Source: Phoronis australis (lineage: Eukaryota > Animalia > Phoronida). From it: DNA of 64,000 nt. Position numbers and translations under genes: made by a program. This document shows, piece by piece, positions 27,914-38,216 of this stretch (its first letter is position 1; each line of letters starts with the position of its first letter). The notes under the pieces were generated by a model, which saw only the letters and a program-made list of their open reading frames with translations, did not search any database and was not told the DNA's origin. The stretch spans positions 186,001-250,000 of the forward strand of contig NMRA01000330.1 in assembly GCA_002633005.1 (NCBI GenBank), read 5' to 3'.

Positions 27914-28186
27914 TGACTACAGCACCCGGAATTCCCAGGCAGGTCTTCCATCTAAGTGCTACTCGGGTACGACGTTGCTTTACTTCCGTGATCGGACGAG
28001 AACTGCCGCCCGTTCAGTAACGCTGGGACCTCGCTAAAAATTAAGTCTTCGCGAGCTTACGTGAGATATTGCCTTGCATTTTAAATGAGAGCACGTGACT
28101 TCGACTAGGTTTTAGCTAGGTCCTAGCGTAGGTCCTAGCGTCTACTGAACGCCCGCCGGTGTTGCCAACGTGTTATGGCTGTAGAC
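27914..28186 (-). pseudogene. 5S rRNA: 5S rRNA disrupted by MITE insertion (copy 7)
   Basis: 5S halves 27914-28005 and 28156-28186 are separated by a 150-bp insertion at 5S position ~30. Confidence 0.9.
28006..28155 (-). mobile_element. 150-bp Harbinger-like MITE inside 5S copy 7
   Basis: Subterminal inverted repeats gttcagta.cgct.ggacct; flanks ctg/ccg fit a CCG TSD with CpG decay; the empty site is visible in sister 5S copies. Confidence 0.85.
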
Positions 28187-28995
28187 GATAGCTGATTAAT
28201 GGCAACAGGTTTTCCGTGTTCAGGACGGATTTCTGCTTGTCGAGCCAGACTGGAGAAACACAATTAAACCCCACGGGGGTACAATAGTTCTGTACAGTTC
28301 TGTGATCTCGCTGAGTGCAGAAGTTTCCAGCACACTTGTTTACAACTAGGCGGCCATGTGTTCGAGCACACGACGGTGGGGCCACAACGTTGCGTAAGCG
28401 AGTCGACAGCACGAGGACAGGTGCAGTGTCAGGAAACGATGGACAAGGAAATAATTCCGGCGAGGTCGTAATTGAACTTTCTTGCCACCAAGATGAAAAC
28501 GATCTCAAATTTTTGTCAGCGTCTCAAAAGAGATTTGCAATGTCTGTGTAGCTAGTGCCGATTCGCTGAAGCTGTGTTTTACTGGTTCCTAGGTTAAAAG
28601 CAGTTTGTGAGACAACATCGAGGCAAGATCGTGCTAATCCCCTTGGTTGAATGGTCCTGCAAATCTGCCCAGGCACCATTAGGTTTACGTCGATCTCTGT
28701 GACTATGTATCGCGATAATTTATTTTAACTGTGTCGTGCCTCCTATATCCACCGAACAGTGAACGATGGATAGGTAAGGGAAATGAGGGTGACGTGAACA
28801 AGCGGACGACGTCACGATGAGTCACGGAGTATAAAGGATGACGTCATTCCATCGATTCCGAGTTATATTTCGATTGTCGTCCACCCACAAATAGAGGTAA
28901 GCAGAAAAAGGTTGAACGGCATAGCGCGCACCACCGAAGTGAATCTTCGAGACGTGAAAGGGTGTGTGCCCCGCGGGATAATGGCAAAAATTAAA

Positions 28996-29115
28996 AGTCT
29001 AGAGCACCCGGAATTTCCAGGCAGGTCTTCCATCTAAGTGCTACCCGGGCCCGACGTTGCTTTACTTCGGTGATCGGACGAGAACCAGTGTTGTCAACGT
29101 GGTATGGCCGTAGAC
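28996..29115 (-). rRNA. 5S rRNA: 5S rRNA (variant, copy 8)
   Basis: 120-nt homolog followed by TTTTAATTTTT. Confidence 0.9.
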
Positions 29116-29884
29116 GATAGCTGATCAGTGGCAACAGGTTTTTCGTGTTCGGGACGGATTTCTGCTTGTCGAACCAAACTGGAGAAAAAACAATAGAGCC
29201 CATGGGGGTACAATAATTCTGTACAGTTCTGTGATCTCCGTTGTTGAGTGCAGAAGTTTCCAGCACACCTTGTTTACACCTAGACGGTCATGTGCTCGAG
29301 CACACGACTCTGGGGCCCCAACGTTTCGTAAGAGCGTCGACAGTACGAGGAGAGGTGCAGTGTCCGGAAACGATGGACTAGGAAAAAACTCCGGCGAGGT
29401 CGTAATTGAATTTGCCTGCCACCAAGATGAAAACGATCTCCAATTTTTGTCAGCGTTCTTAAAGACATTTGCATTGCCTGTGTTTCTAATGCCGATTCGT
29501 TGAAGTTGTGTTTTATTGGTTCCTAGGTTAAAAGCAGTTCGCGAGACCTCTGGTTGATTGGGCTTGTAAATCGGGCCAGGCACCAGAAGGCCTAAGTCTC
29601 TGTGAATATGTATCGGGAAATTTTAATTTAATTGTAGTGTTCCTCCTATATCCACCAAACAGTGAACGATAGATAGGTAAGCGAACTGAGGGTGATGTGA
29701 GCAATCAGGCGACGTCACGATGTGCCAGGCAGTATAAAGGATGATGTAATTCATTCGATGCCGAGATATATTGCGACTGTTGTCCGCTCACGCAAAGACA
29801 AAGCGGCACGGCGCGCACCACCGAGGTGAATCCGTTTGAGACGCGAAAGGGTGTATGCCTCGCGGAAGAATGGCAAAAAGGAAA

Positions 29885-29953
29885 AGTCTACGGCATCCGG
29901 AATTCCCAGGCAGGGACGAGAAACGGTGTTGTCAACGTTTTATGGCTGTAGAC
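29885..29953 (-). pseudogene. 5S rRNA: 5S pseudogene with ~51-nt internal deletion (copy 9)
   Basis: Both ends and the terminator are retained, but the box A-IE-box C region is deleted (junction caggcagg|gacgag). Confidence 0.9.
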
Positions 29954-30759
29954 GATACCTGATAAGTGGCAACAGCTAAGTTTTCCGCGTTCGGGACGGA
30001 ATTCTGCTAGTCGAGCCAAACCGGAGAAAGAAGACAGAAAGTCCACGGGAGTAGAATAGTTCTGCACAGTTCTGTGATCTCGCTGAGTGCAGAAGTTCCA
30101 GCACACCTTGTTCAAACCTAGGCGGTTATGTGCTCGAGCACACGACGGCGGGGCCCCAGCGTTGCGTAAGAGCGCCGACAGCACGAGGAGTGGTGCTATC
30201 ATCGTGTATGCGGTGTCAGGAAACGATGGATTGAGAACAAATTCAGCCCAGCTCGTAGTTGAACTTTCCTGCCACCAAGATGTAGAAAACGATCTCAAGC
30301 TTTGTCAGCGCCCTAAAAGAGATTTTCAATGTCTGTGTTTCTAGTGCAGATTCGTTGAAGATGGTTACCGGTTCCTAGGTTAAAAGCAGTTCGCGAGACC
30401 TGACGAGATCGTGCTAATCCGCCTGGTCATTGATTGGGCCTGCAAATCGGCCCAGGCATCAGTAGGCCTACGGTCACTTTGACGATGTATCGGGATAATT
30501 TAATTTAATTGTAGTTTGCCTCCTACATCCACCAAACAGTTAACGATGGATAGGTAAACGAACTGAGGGTGATGTGAACAAACGAACGACGTCACGATGA
30601 GCAAGGCAGTATAAAGGATGACGTCATTCATTCGATGCCGAGATATATTGCGATTGTTGTCCACCCAGGCACAGGCAGAACGGCACGGTGCACACCACAG
30701 AGGTGAATCTTCGATACGCGAAAGCGTAATTGCCTCGCAGGAGAATGGCAAAGAGGAAA

Positions 30760-30879
30760 GGTCTACAGCACCCGGAATTCCCAGGCACGTCTCCCATCCA
30801 AACACTACCCGTGCTCGACGTTGCTTTACTTCGGTGATCGGATTATAACCGGTGTTGTCAATGTGGTATGGCTGTAGAC
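30760..30879 (-). rRNA. 5S rRNA: 5S rRNA (variant, copy 10; terminator degraded)
   Basis: 120-nt homolog; downstream CTTTCCTCTTTG lacks a T4 run. Confidence 0.85.
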
Positions 30880-31074
30880 CACAGCTGATAAGTGGCAACA
30901 GGTTTTCCGCGTTCGGGATGGATTTCTGCTAGTAGAGCCAAACCGAAGAGTACTACATTTCTATACAGTTCTGTGATGGCGTTGCGTGCAGAAGTTTCCA
31001 GGCGGTTATGTGTTCGAGCACACGAAGGCGGGGCTCCAACGTTCTGTAAGAGCGTCGACAGGACGAGGAGACTA

Positions 31075-33100
31075 ATTTGGCTCAGTTTTATTATAGCCGA
31101 GTGCCTTAACCAGTCTAACATAGTCCAAGCAAGGCCTTCCATATTCTTAGAATATTGTTTCCATGATTCTCTTTCAGTCAAAAGGGATTGGACATGTTGA
31201 AAATTACGCATTCGTAATCACATTTTGTCTTGGTGGCTTTCCGATGGGTGTCGCAAACCTTTCTTTGGAGTCCAACCACCTCCAACTTCCACCTTTCACG
31301 ATTATTTTTATGCTTAGTTTCCTTAAAAGACATGTTGCCTCGAAAGAACTCCTCATGATATTGTTTTGTTCGTCAGCACATTCTTCAAGTTCTCTAACGG
31401 AAGCACTATACAATGTAATTTTCTTCTGTTAATTTGTTGTTTTTAAGCTTAAAGGTTCATCCACATATTTAGGCCTCACGTATGCCGGAATCTCCTGATT
31501 ATTTTAATTCTGTGTTGTATAACTTTTTCACCTTGAACCTCAAACATATGTGGTCAGACAATGATGGTACATCACTGGCTAGCCAATCATGGATTCATCA
31601 AGATGCACAAGAATTCCCAAGTCAAGTACTTCTTTTCTGGCACGGGTTCTGAAAGTTGTTTATTACCCACATTACTGGAACCCAAGTTAGTGTAAGCTCC
31701 TCGTCTTTGTCGTTATTGTGAGAGGAACCCATAACATGTGATGTACATTAGTATTAGCCCCAATAATATGTGTAGTTTAGTTTGTATCGCAGTGAGACAC
31801 CAGGCGTGTGTTCAGTAGACGCTAGGACCTACGCTAGGACCTAGCTAAAACCTTGTCAAAGTCACGTGTTCTCATTTAAAATACACGGCAATTTCTCACG
31901 TAATCTCGCGAAGTCTTGCTTTTTAGCGAGGTCCTCGTGTTACTGAACAGGAGGCAGTTCTCTGAACACAGTAGGGGTGCAGGCTCCTCTCATGCCATCC
32001 ATACGACACAAGTACCGCTACCACACCAGAGGCTTTAGCAGCCAGCGCCTCAGTCGGGGTTTCCTTCAATCAAACCTTGGAACTGACAATGTCAGTTTGT
32101 GGCGAAGGATTCTTTGATTTCTTATTTCTCTTAAAGCCTGCAGCTTAGGGAGTACAACCTGTTTTCCTTTTGGATGTAAGGGATGCAACAATGTTCATCA
32201 GACCACCACTCCCTTTTGTTGTGGAACGGACTGCCATGTCCTTATGATACATGCCAGAATTGCATCACTCACCAAGGCACGATATGTCCTTAATGTTTGT
32301 CCACTCCGGCGTATTTCGGTTTCCATGTCCGAAATGTCTGCGGGTGGGAGATCCTTAATTAATGCCTGTCGCTGTATACCTGGGATGTCCGTCGGAAGAC
32401 GGAGGCAGAGCACTGATACACAGCTTAGCCTTCCCAAGGATTTTCTCATTCTTCCACACCACATGGACCCGTCCTTCAGTAAGGTAGGTCCGAGATATCA
32501 GGGTCGTAAAGCCTGGGATGTTTTGAATGAGGATATGATTGATAACTTCCTGAATGAGACGAAGGTTCGTCTGATCGAGTTGGCAGTCTTCCATATCTTT
32601 TTTTCTAATGATTAGGTGTTAGTTAGCACTTGCATAAATCTTATGAGTAGTACCAACACATTCATTGCCACTCGAGCGGCTTGCGCACGTCTGGTGCAAC
32701 GTATAACAGACCGTCTGCAATATTTTTATTCATTACCACCCCGACGAGCACGTTCGGTCTCAGGTCTTACGCGTTTGAGTGGGTGGGTGGGTTGAGATAA
32801 GTGTCGTATCACGCCCAATCATATGTTAGTCTCTGGTACGCTTTGCAGTGCTGGGGCTTGAGTCGGTTGCTCAGTCTTAGAGTCCGAGAGACTCAGAGCC
32901 GTCATACCCTTTAGCAATCGCTTCCTTTCCTTCTTCTTTCGATTGATGACGTGGCAATTACCTAAAGCAGCGCCGGCACAAGCCTTGCAATATACAGGAA
33001 CACTTGGATTTTTACTTCAGGGATCATTTGGTTGAGTTATTAGCTGCCGGGCAACAGAAGTTTTAGGTGCAAATAGATTCTCAAAGTTGTTAGTGTGTGA
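31075..33100 (-). mobile_element. Decayed LINE (APE endonuclease plus probable ORF1), I/Jockey/R1-group-like
   Basis: Minus-strand frameshifted motifs IGANTNVHHMLW/GSSHNNDKDEEL, GN..TFRTRARKEVLDL and DVPSLSDHICLRF are typical APE motifs (31500-31790); fragmented coding-like sequence at 32200-32640; distal boundary approximate. Confidence 0.7.
31804..31954 (+). mobile_element. 150-bp Harbinger-like MITE with CAG TSD, nested in the LINE
   Basis: gagacac-CAG-[gcgtgtgttcagtag...tactgaacaggagg]-CAG-ttctct. Confidence 0.85.
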
Positions 33101-33569
33101 GGCTTGCATATGTTCTGTCTAGTTGAGGGATTCAGGCCTTCAACGTTGCAGTCAGGTCTACTCTGCGCTGGAGGTTACCGCCGGACGACGAGGTTTGGGT
33201 CCGAAATTCTATTCACCAAACACTATTCTGAGGGTAACAGAGAATATTTATGTTGGTGATCGCCATGTGGCAAAAAAAACAAAAAAGAGATTTAAAACTT
33301 TATGCTGATTTTGTGGAATTAACGGAAGGACCGACAGAATTGAATATTTTGAACTAAGGAACTTATTGTGAAATTCTAAAAACAAGAAACAAATAAAGTT
33401 TATGTATGGCTATCATTATGGTTATATGCAAAAATTTCGTATTCAATGTTGCTATTTCAAAATTTATTTTTTCATTTTTCTAATTAATTGTGCTTCAGAT
33501 ACCCGTGGCATTGAAAACATCTTAACTGGTTATTTCTACATTGAAAACCTTATGTACTGTAACCTCCAT

Positions 33570-34742
33570 TTTAAGTTGTCCTTGCGTTATATTCCGTCCG
33601 CCCGTTCATCTTTTCTACGTCCTCTGCCGTATCTCCAAAAGGATGCTCGTGAAATTTTGAGACATGTTCCTATCATAGATGAGACTGCATGAGCGAATAG
33701 TCGGACAGATCTGATTACAGTTTTTCCCTTGGCGGGTTTTCATGAAATAAAGCTTCGACTACCGTGTCAAACCACGCTTTATGTATGGTTAATGATGAAA
33801 TTTGGTATATGTGTTCCTACTATGAAGAAGACGACTGACGTTGATTTCCGACCGCGTTAAATACGGTGACGCCTCCTGGTGGCATTTTTGCATTCGCCGC
33901 TGTATCTCATGAACCCCTTGCAGGAAAATGGCTAACTTTGGCACTCGTATTTCCATGAAAATGATAACGGATGGCGATGATTTTTGGATTGACGCGACTA
34001 CCACTCTGCCACACTAGTGACAATTTTATTTATGATTTTCTCCTTTTATTTTCAGTTAGTTTATGGATCTTTGTAAAATTTGGAAAATAGATTTTGATTA
34101 AAGCGACGACACCTGTCAATTTTCAGTTAGATTCGACTTACTGTAAGCCACCTAGTGACCATTTTTATTATGTTCGAGTTTTTGGCGTCAGACGCTTCAT
34201 CCGGCAAGCCATACTCAGATTGGCCTATGTATTCCTACAGATGACGTTTATTTTTAGATGGCTCCAACTACTGTGGCACCGCCTAGTGGCAGACTTTTCT
34301 TCTCCTCTGTGGTAGTATCCCCTAATTCTCTTGCAAGACCTTTGCTAAGTTTGAAGGGTGTACTTCCAGGAACGTGACAATGGAAGACGGCAACTTACCA
34401 AGTTCTTCTAAAGATTTTCATGAAATTTGGCAAATAAGTTACTACATGTAGGCAACAGCAACGACCCTGTTTAAAATAAATATGACATGCATTGCGCACC
34501 CAGTGACCGTTCTGTTGTTTTTGTGTCCTTTTACGTTCTTGAAGAATCTTGATGAAAGGTAGTGGTGTGTTCCTGGTACAAGCAGTATTTCTGACTAGTT
34601 GTGCACCCCCTAAAAGCTATTTTATGTTTTACTGGCATTGCTCAGTTTAATCGGAATGTACAAAATGACCTTCACATGTATCTCTGCTGTATGCATCCCA
34701 TACGGTGAGTGCATATCAAAGCTCCGCATTGCTTTATTTTAC
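33570..34742 (+). mobile_element. Possible non-autonomous Helentron/HINE-like element
   Basis: 5' T-run followed by short (cgtc) repeats; 3' ggtgag... followed by hairpin aaagc-tccgcatt-gcttt and a T-run. Structural resemblance only. Confidence 0.3.
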
Positions 34743-35515
34743 GGTGGAATCGTAGTGGAAATATGTCTATACTTGGGTAATAATCTGAACTTTTCTTTTG
34801 TGATACACTAGCGTATCTATGGACATATTTTTTCTGCCGGTACATGATAATCTACGTAACTCTTTTAGGTTTGAATCGTCAATATCTGGTATACTTCGGT
34901 TGTCTCTCTTGACACGTCTCCCGACACACACAAACGTTGTTTAAGTATGACAGACTTGCTGGGACTGTCGTACTTAGTGGGGGAGGTGCCGCCAACGCAT
35001 TCTACTAGAATTTAACTGAGGAATGTTTAACAAGCGAAGAAGAATGGGGAATGCGGATTTTACATCGTGTCAAATATTTTTAAAATTCTAAGTAAAAACT
35101 GTCATGCCAAGAATTCTAATTGATGAAATGGAGTTCCACACTACACTTCTCCAATATCAGCACGAATGTTGCGTGGCATCCCACATCAGTGGTCCTCCCG
35201 CCAACTCGTTCCTAGCCAAAAACGATGATTGAGTGTCTCACCCACACCTCCTGTGTGATCCTGAGATAGTCGACAGATAAAAATAGTAATGAAGATTATG
35301 TTAATTCGACGGCAAACAAACGAACAGCAACATGTGTTTGGCTAGCAAATATTCCTGGAATTCTGATGAGCTTTTCACCCGGGTCTGGGAGCATGTTACC
35401 TATCGTTCATTGTGATAAGCGCGCTGTAGACAAGAAGATTGTCGCTCTTCTCGATTGGTGTCGAAGACAAAAGTGCAGAAGTTATTGCTGCAGCGCCAGA
35501 AGAAGTGTTGAGTAG

Positions 35516-35738
35516 AGTGAACAATGGGTACGAAGACGTGCAGAGTGTGACGTGAACAAGTGTGTGACGTCACGATGTACCAGGCAGAATAAACGATGAC
35601 GTCGCACTCAATTCCGGGATATACTGCGAGTGCCTTGCATTTACGCTCACGTGCAGGTGAACGAAAGAAAGGCAGAGCGGCACAGGGCGCACCACCGATG
35701 TGAATGTTCGTGATGCGACGGAGTGTGTTCCGCGCTGG
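35516..35738 (+). repeat. Orphan copy of the 5S spacer module, without 5S
   Basis: gtgacgtgaacaag...gacgtcacgatg..ccaggcag.ataaa.gatgacgtc...gcgcaccaccga.gtgaat.ttcg is colinear with the ~270 bp preceding each 5S 3' end on the plus strand. Confidence 0.8.
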
Positions 35739-35799
35739 CTTGGAACAGCAGTCGTTGTTCCTAAGCAGTTGTCCATTCAAGCCCGTATAACAGCGCTTA

Positions 35800-35892
35800 A
35801 CCGCCCAACGGTCAAGTTTTGTAGAAGAACGGTCTAACTCAACCGACCAACGGTTGAGTTTTGTTGAGGAACGGTCTAACTCAACCGACCAA
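35800..35892. repeat. Tandem repeat, 42 bp x2.2
   Basis: Unit accg.ccaacggt..agttttgt.ga.gaacggtctaactca. Confidence 0.8.
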
Positions 35893-35985
35893 TCAAAAAC
35901 GCTCTGTGTAGGAGAGTCTTTTCTCAATAACTTGTCATGCTCTGACATACGCTGACCCGCCAATCCGTTACTGTGTGACGCCAAG

Positions 35986-36364
35986 TTAAGGAACGTGTAA
36001 CATCGCATAATAAATAAATAGCAAATTTGGCAAACTTCGGAACACCATATCTCAGAAATGGCTGATCGCCGGGATTGAGATGAAGCTTTCAGGTGATATG
36101 CTTTATTCTCCCTTCTCCAAAATCTTTGGGAAATGTTTTGAAATGGTCCANAAAAAAGAAAAGAAAAAATATGTACAGGCAGCAGATCGACCCCATACTT
36201 ACGAAAAGTTCTAATTAAGTGTCAGAGAGTATGTTTCAATGGTTTTTATGCAGATTCACGATGTTTTTAAAACGTCTACAAACGGATCATATGACTTTAA
36301 GGAACATGTAACATCGCATAATAAATAAATAGCAAATTTGGCAAACTTCGGAACACCATATCTC
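35986..36364 (+). repeat. 68-bp direct duplication beginning TTAA|GG (Kolobok-like end)
   Basis: 35986-36053 and 36297-36364 differ at one base; both start ttaaggaac. Confidence 0.65.
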
Positions 36365-37530
36365 GGGATAAGATATGGTATAATGAAAATGATACATTTT
36401 TGCGTAAAAAATTCAATGACATATTTTAAGAAGTTTTTATGTTCAATCCATGAGGATTGAATGACATATTCTTATATGTCAATTGTCATTTTGTGTTTGA
36501 TTTTACTTTATTTCTGTTTTTGTTGATAAAGGAAGTTATTACATCCGAAAATTTCAAATTTAAGTTGATCAATTCTTGTTGTTTTATTTACTGATTTATA
36601 TTCTTCATTTCATGAAACAATAGTATCCTTGGGAGGATCTGGATCGCCTTATTTAGTTTCAGATATATTTTCTACGTTGTTTCTTTTTCCAAAATTTAAC
36701 TAAAAAGACACGGTAATGGTAGGTTGGTAAAAAGCCAAAAATCGAATTTTTCCACTTTCAAAAAGTACTGCTATTGGGTTAAATCGTAGTTTTGTACATA
36801 TTTGGGTAAATACTCAGACCTGCCAATCGGAGGTCCTACATATGAAACTGAAAACGAAAAACAGCGAATTCAAAGCAATGCCTAAACGGACTTTAGCGAA
36901 TGTCACTGAGCTAATGTCAAAAAATGTCCAGTACGGGAGAAAAGGGTGAGCCAGTTCATAATAGCGCGACGGGCCTTAAGAGCTACCTGTTCTCCGCGGA
37001 AGTTCTGGATTTGTCATTGCCCTGTCATGCCTATACCACTGAATTTTTACGCAAAATAAACTGGGGTCCTTTTTGACAGTGTAAATCCCATTACATACCG
37101 GAGTTACATTTACTAATTGATCCCGTGCATCGAAAATGCCGGCGACCGATGATAAAAGCTCATTTTTAGGTTAGTATAAATAGTGGGTATCGGGGAAATA
37201 GTTCAGTACTTTTATCTTCGTCCACCAGGGTCGAGAGCAGGACACAAGTGTACCGCTGTGAATTGCGTCGTAGCATTAAAATTCCTTCATTCAGTTGTCA
37301 CAATATCTGACCATTGGTTAATTTACTGTGACACAACTCTGATGACCTTTCAAAAGAGCCCTCTATAAATATGGCCCTTTGTTCGCGTTTACTGTAGTGT
37401 CCAACTGCACACCCCCGTAAAATAATGGAATGCTCTAGGATATAGGCTAAAGCTCAACGACACTTTTAGTGTTTTGACCATGTCAATCCATCCCTTTTGC
37501 TTGAAATTTGGCTTGCAGTAGATTAATTAG

Positions 37531-38216
37531 GAGCCGTTAGCTCAGTGATGGTGAGTTCGTATTGCCTCACAAGCTGGCCAAAGCATGACAATCGATTCCC
37601 AATGACCCTTGCCTCCCTTTTGTCCTAACAATGGACTCGTTTTACAAACTTCTTTTGATGAATCAGGTGAATATCAGTCAGGTAGACTCGTTTAAAACGA
37701 GGCGCGCTTATTAATCATACCGTTCATGGAAAGCGGTCTCAGGTATGTACACGGTTTGCTTCTACAACACCACACGACGACTTTTTTGAGGTCCTTTTAG
37801 TTTCTCTCTCACGCTGAGGATCTGTCAATTTTAGACAGGCACGATAACTGGCGAAGTAAGTCCACCGTCTGTCCCAAGAGGCTGTGGTCCTCGAGTTGGC
37901 CTAGGATTTCTACTGTAAGCTTTATAATGTAGTGGGTGGCCAGTGACATTCCATGGAGGAAATGACTGTTTTGCATGCCTATTTGTGTGAAGGGGTTCGG
38001 TTATTGTAAACATAGGACAGAGGATTATAGGGCCATGACGAGGAAACTATAAAAACGGGCCTAAACATCCGGTACGAGACTGCCGATCACTTTGACGTAC
38101 GGGTAAAGTTCCTCCCTCCGTACAGCCTGAGGGCAGAAGGCGAGATCGTCCGATCTTGCGAAGCTGTCTGTGCCGGGGCTTCGCCCCAACCTACTCATCA
38201 TCATCATCATCATCAT
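37531..38216 (+). mobile_element. Possible SINE remnant(s): degenerate tRNA-like head and (CAT)n tail
   Basis: A-box-like tagctcagtgatgg and B-box-like tcgattcc at 37531-37600; (CAT)7 at ~38196-38216. Whether head and tail belong to one element is uncertain. Confidence 0.3.

Larger units (their letters stand above)
21780..31070 (-). repeat. 5S rDNA tandem array, 10 units of ~0.89-0.95 kb
   Basis: 5S 5' ends at 21878, 23420, 24326, 25279, 26167, 27095, 28186, 29115, 29953 and 30879; spacers are homologous throughout. Confidence 0.95.

Noticed and set aside
23420-30760. snRNA (U1, U2, U5) or spliced-leader RNA linked to 5S
   Set aside because: No U1 (ATACTTACCTG) or U2 (ATCGCTTCTCGG) 5' ends on either strand; ggtaag and aatttttg motifs are not arranged as leader-donor-Sm site. 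An Rfam search is still advisable.
22969-31211. Many 60-156 aa ORFs with recurring peptides (ISYRL..YHVDNTGSRPITEVKQRRARV)
   Set aside because: These are translations of 5S rRNA and its spacer; frames and stops are not conserved between units.
35400-36008. 202-aa minus-strand ORF
   Set aside because: Runs through a 42-bp tandem repeat and the orphan 5S spacer module; no domain signal.
37531-37605. tRNA gene
   Set aside because: Only degenerate A/B boxes; no cloverleaf or terminator.
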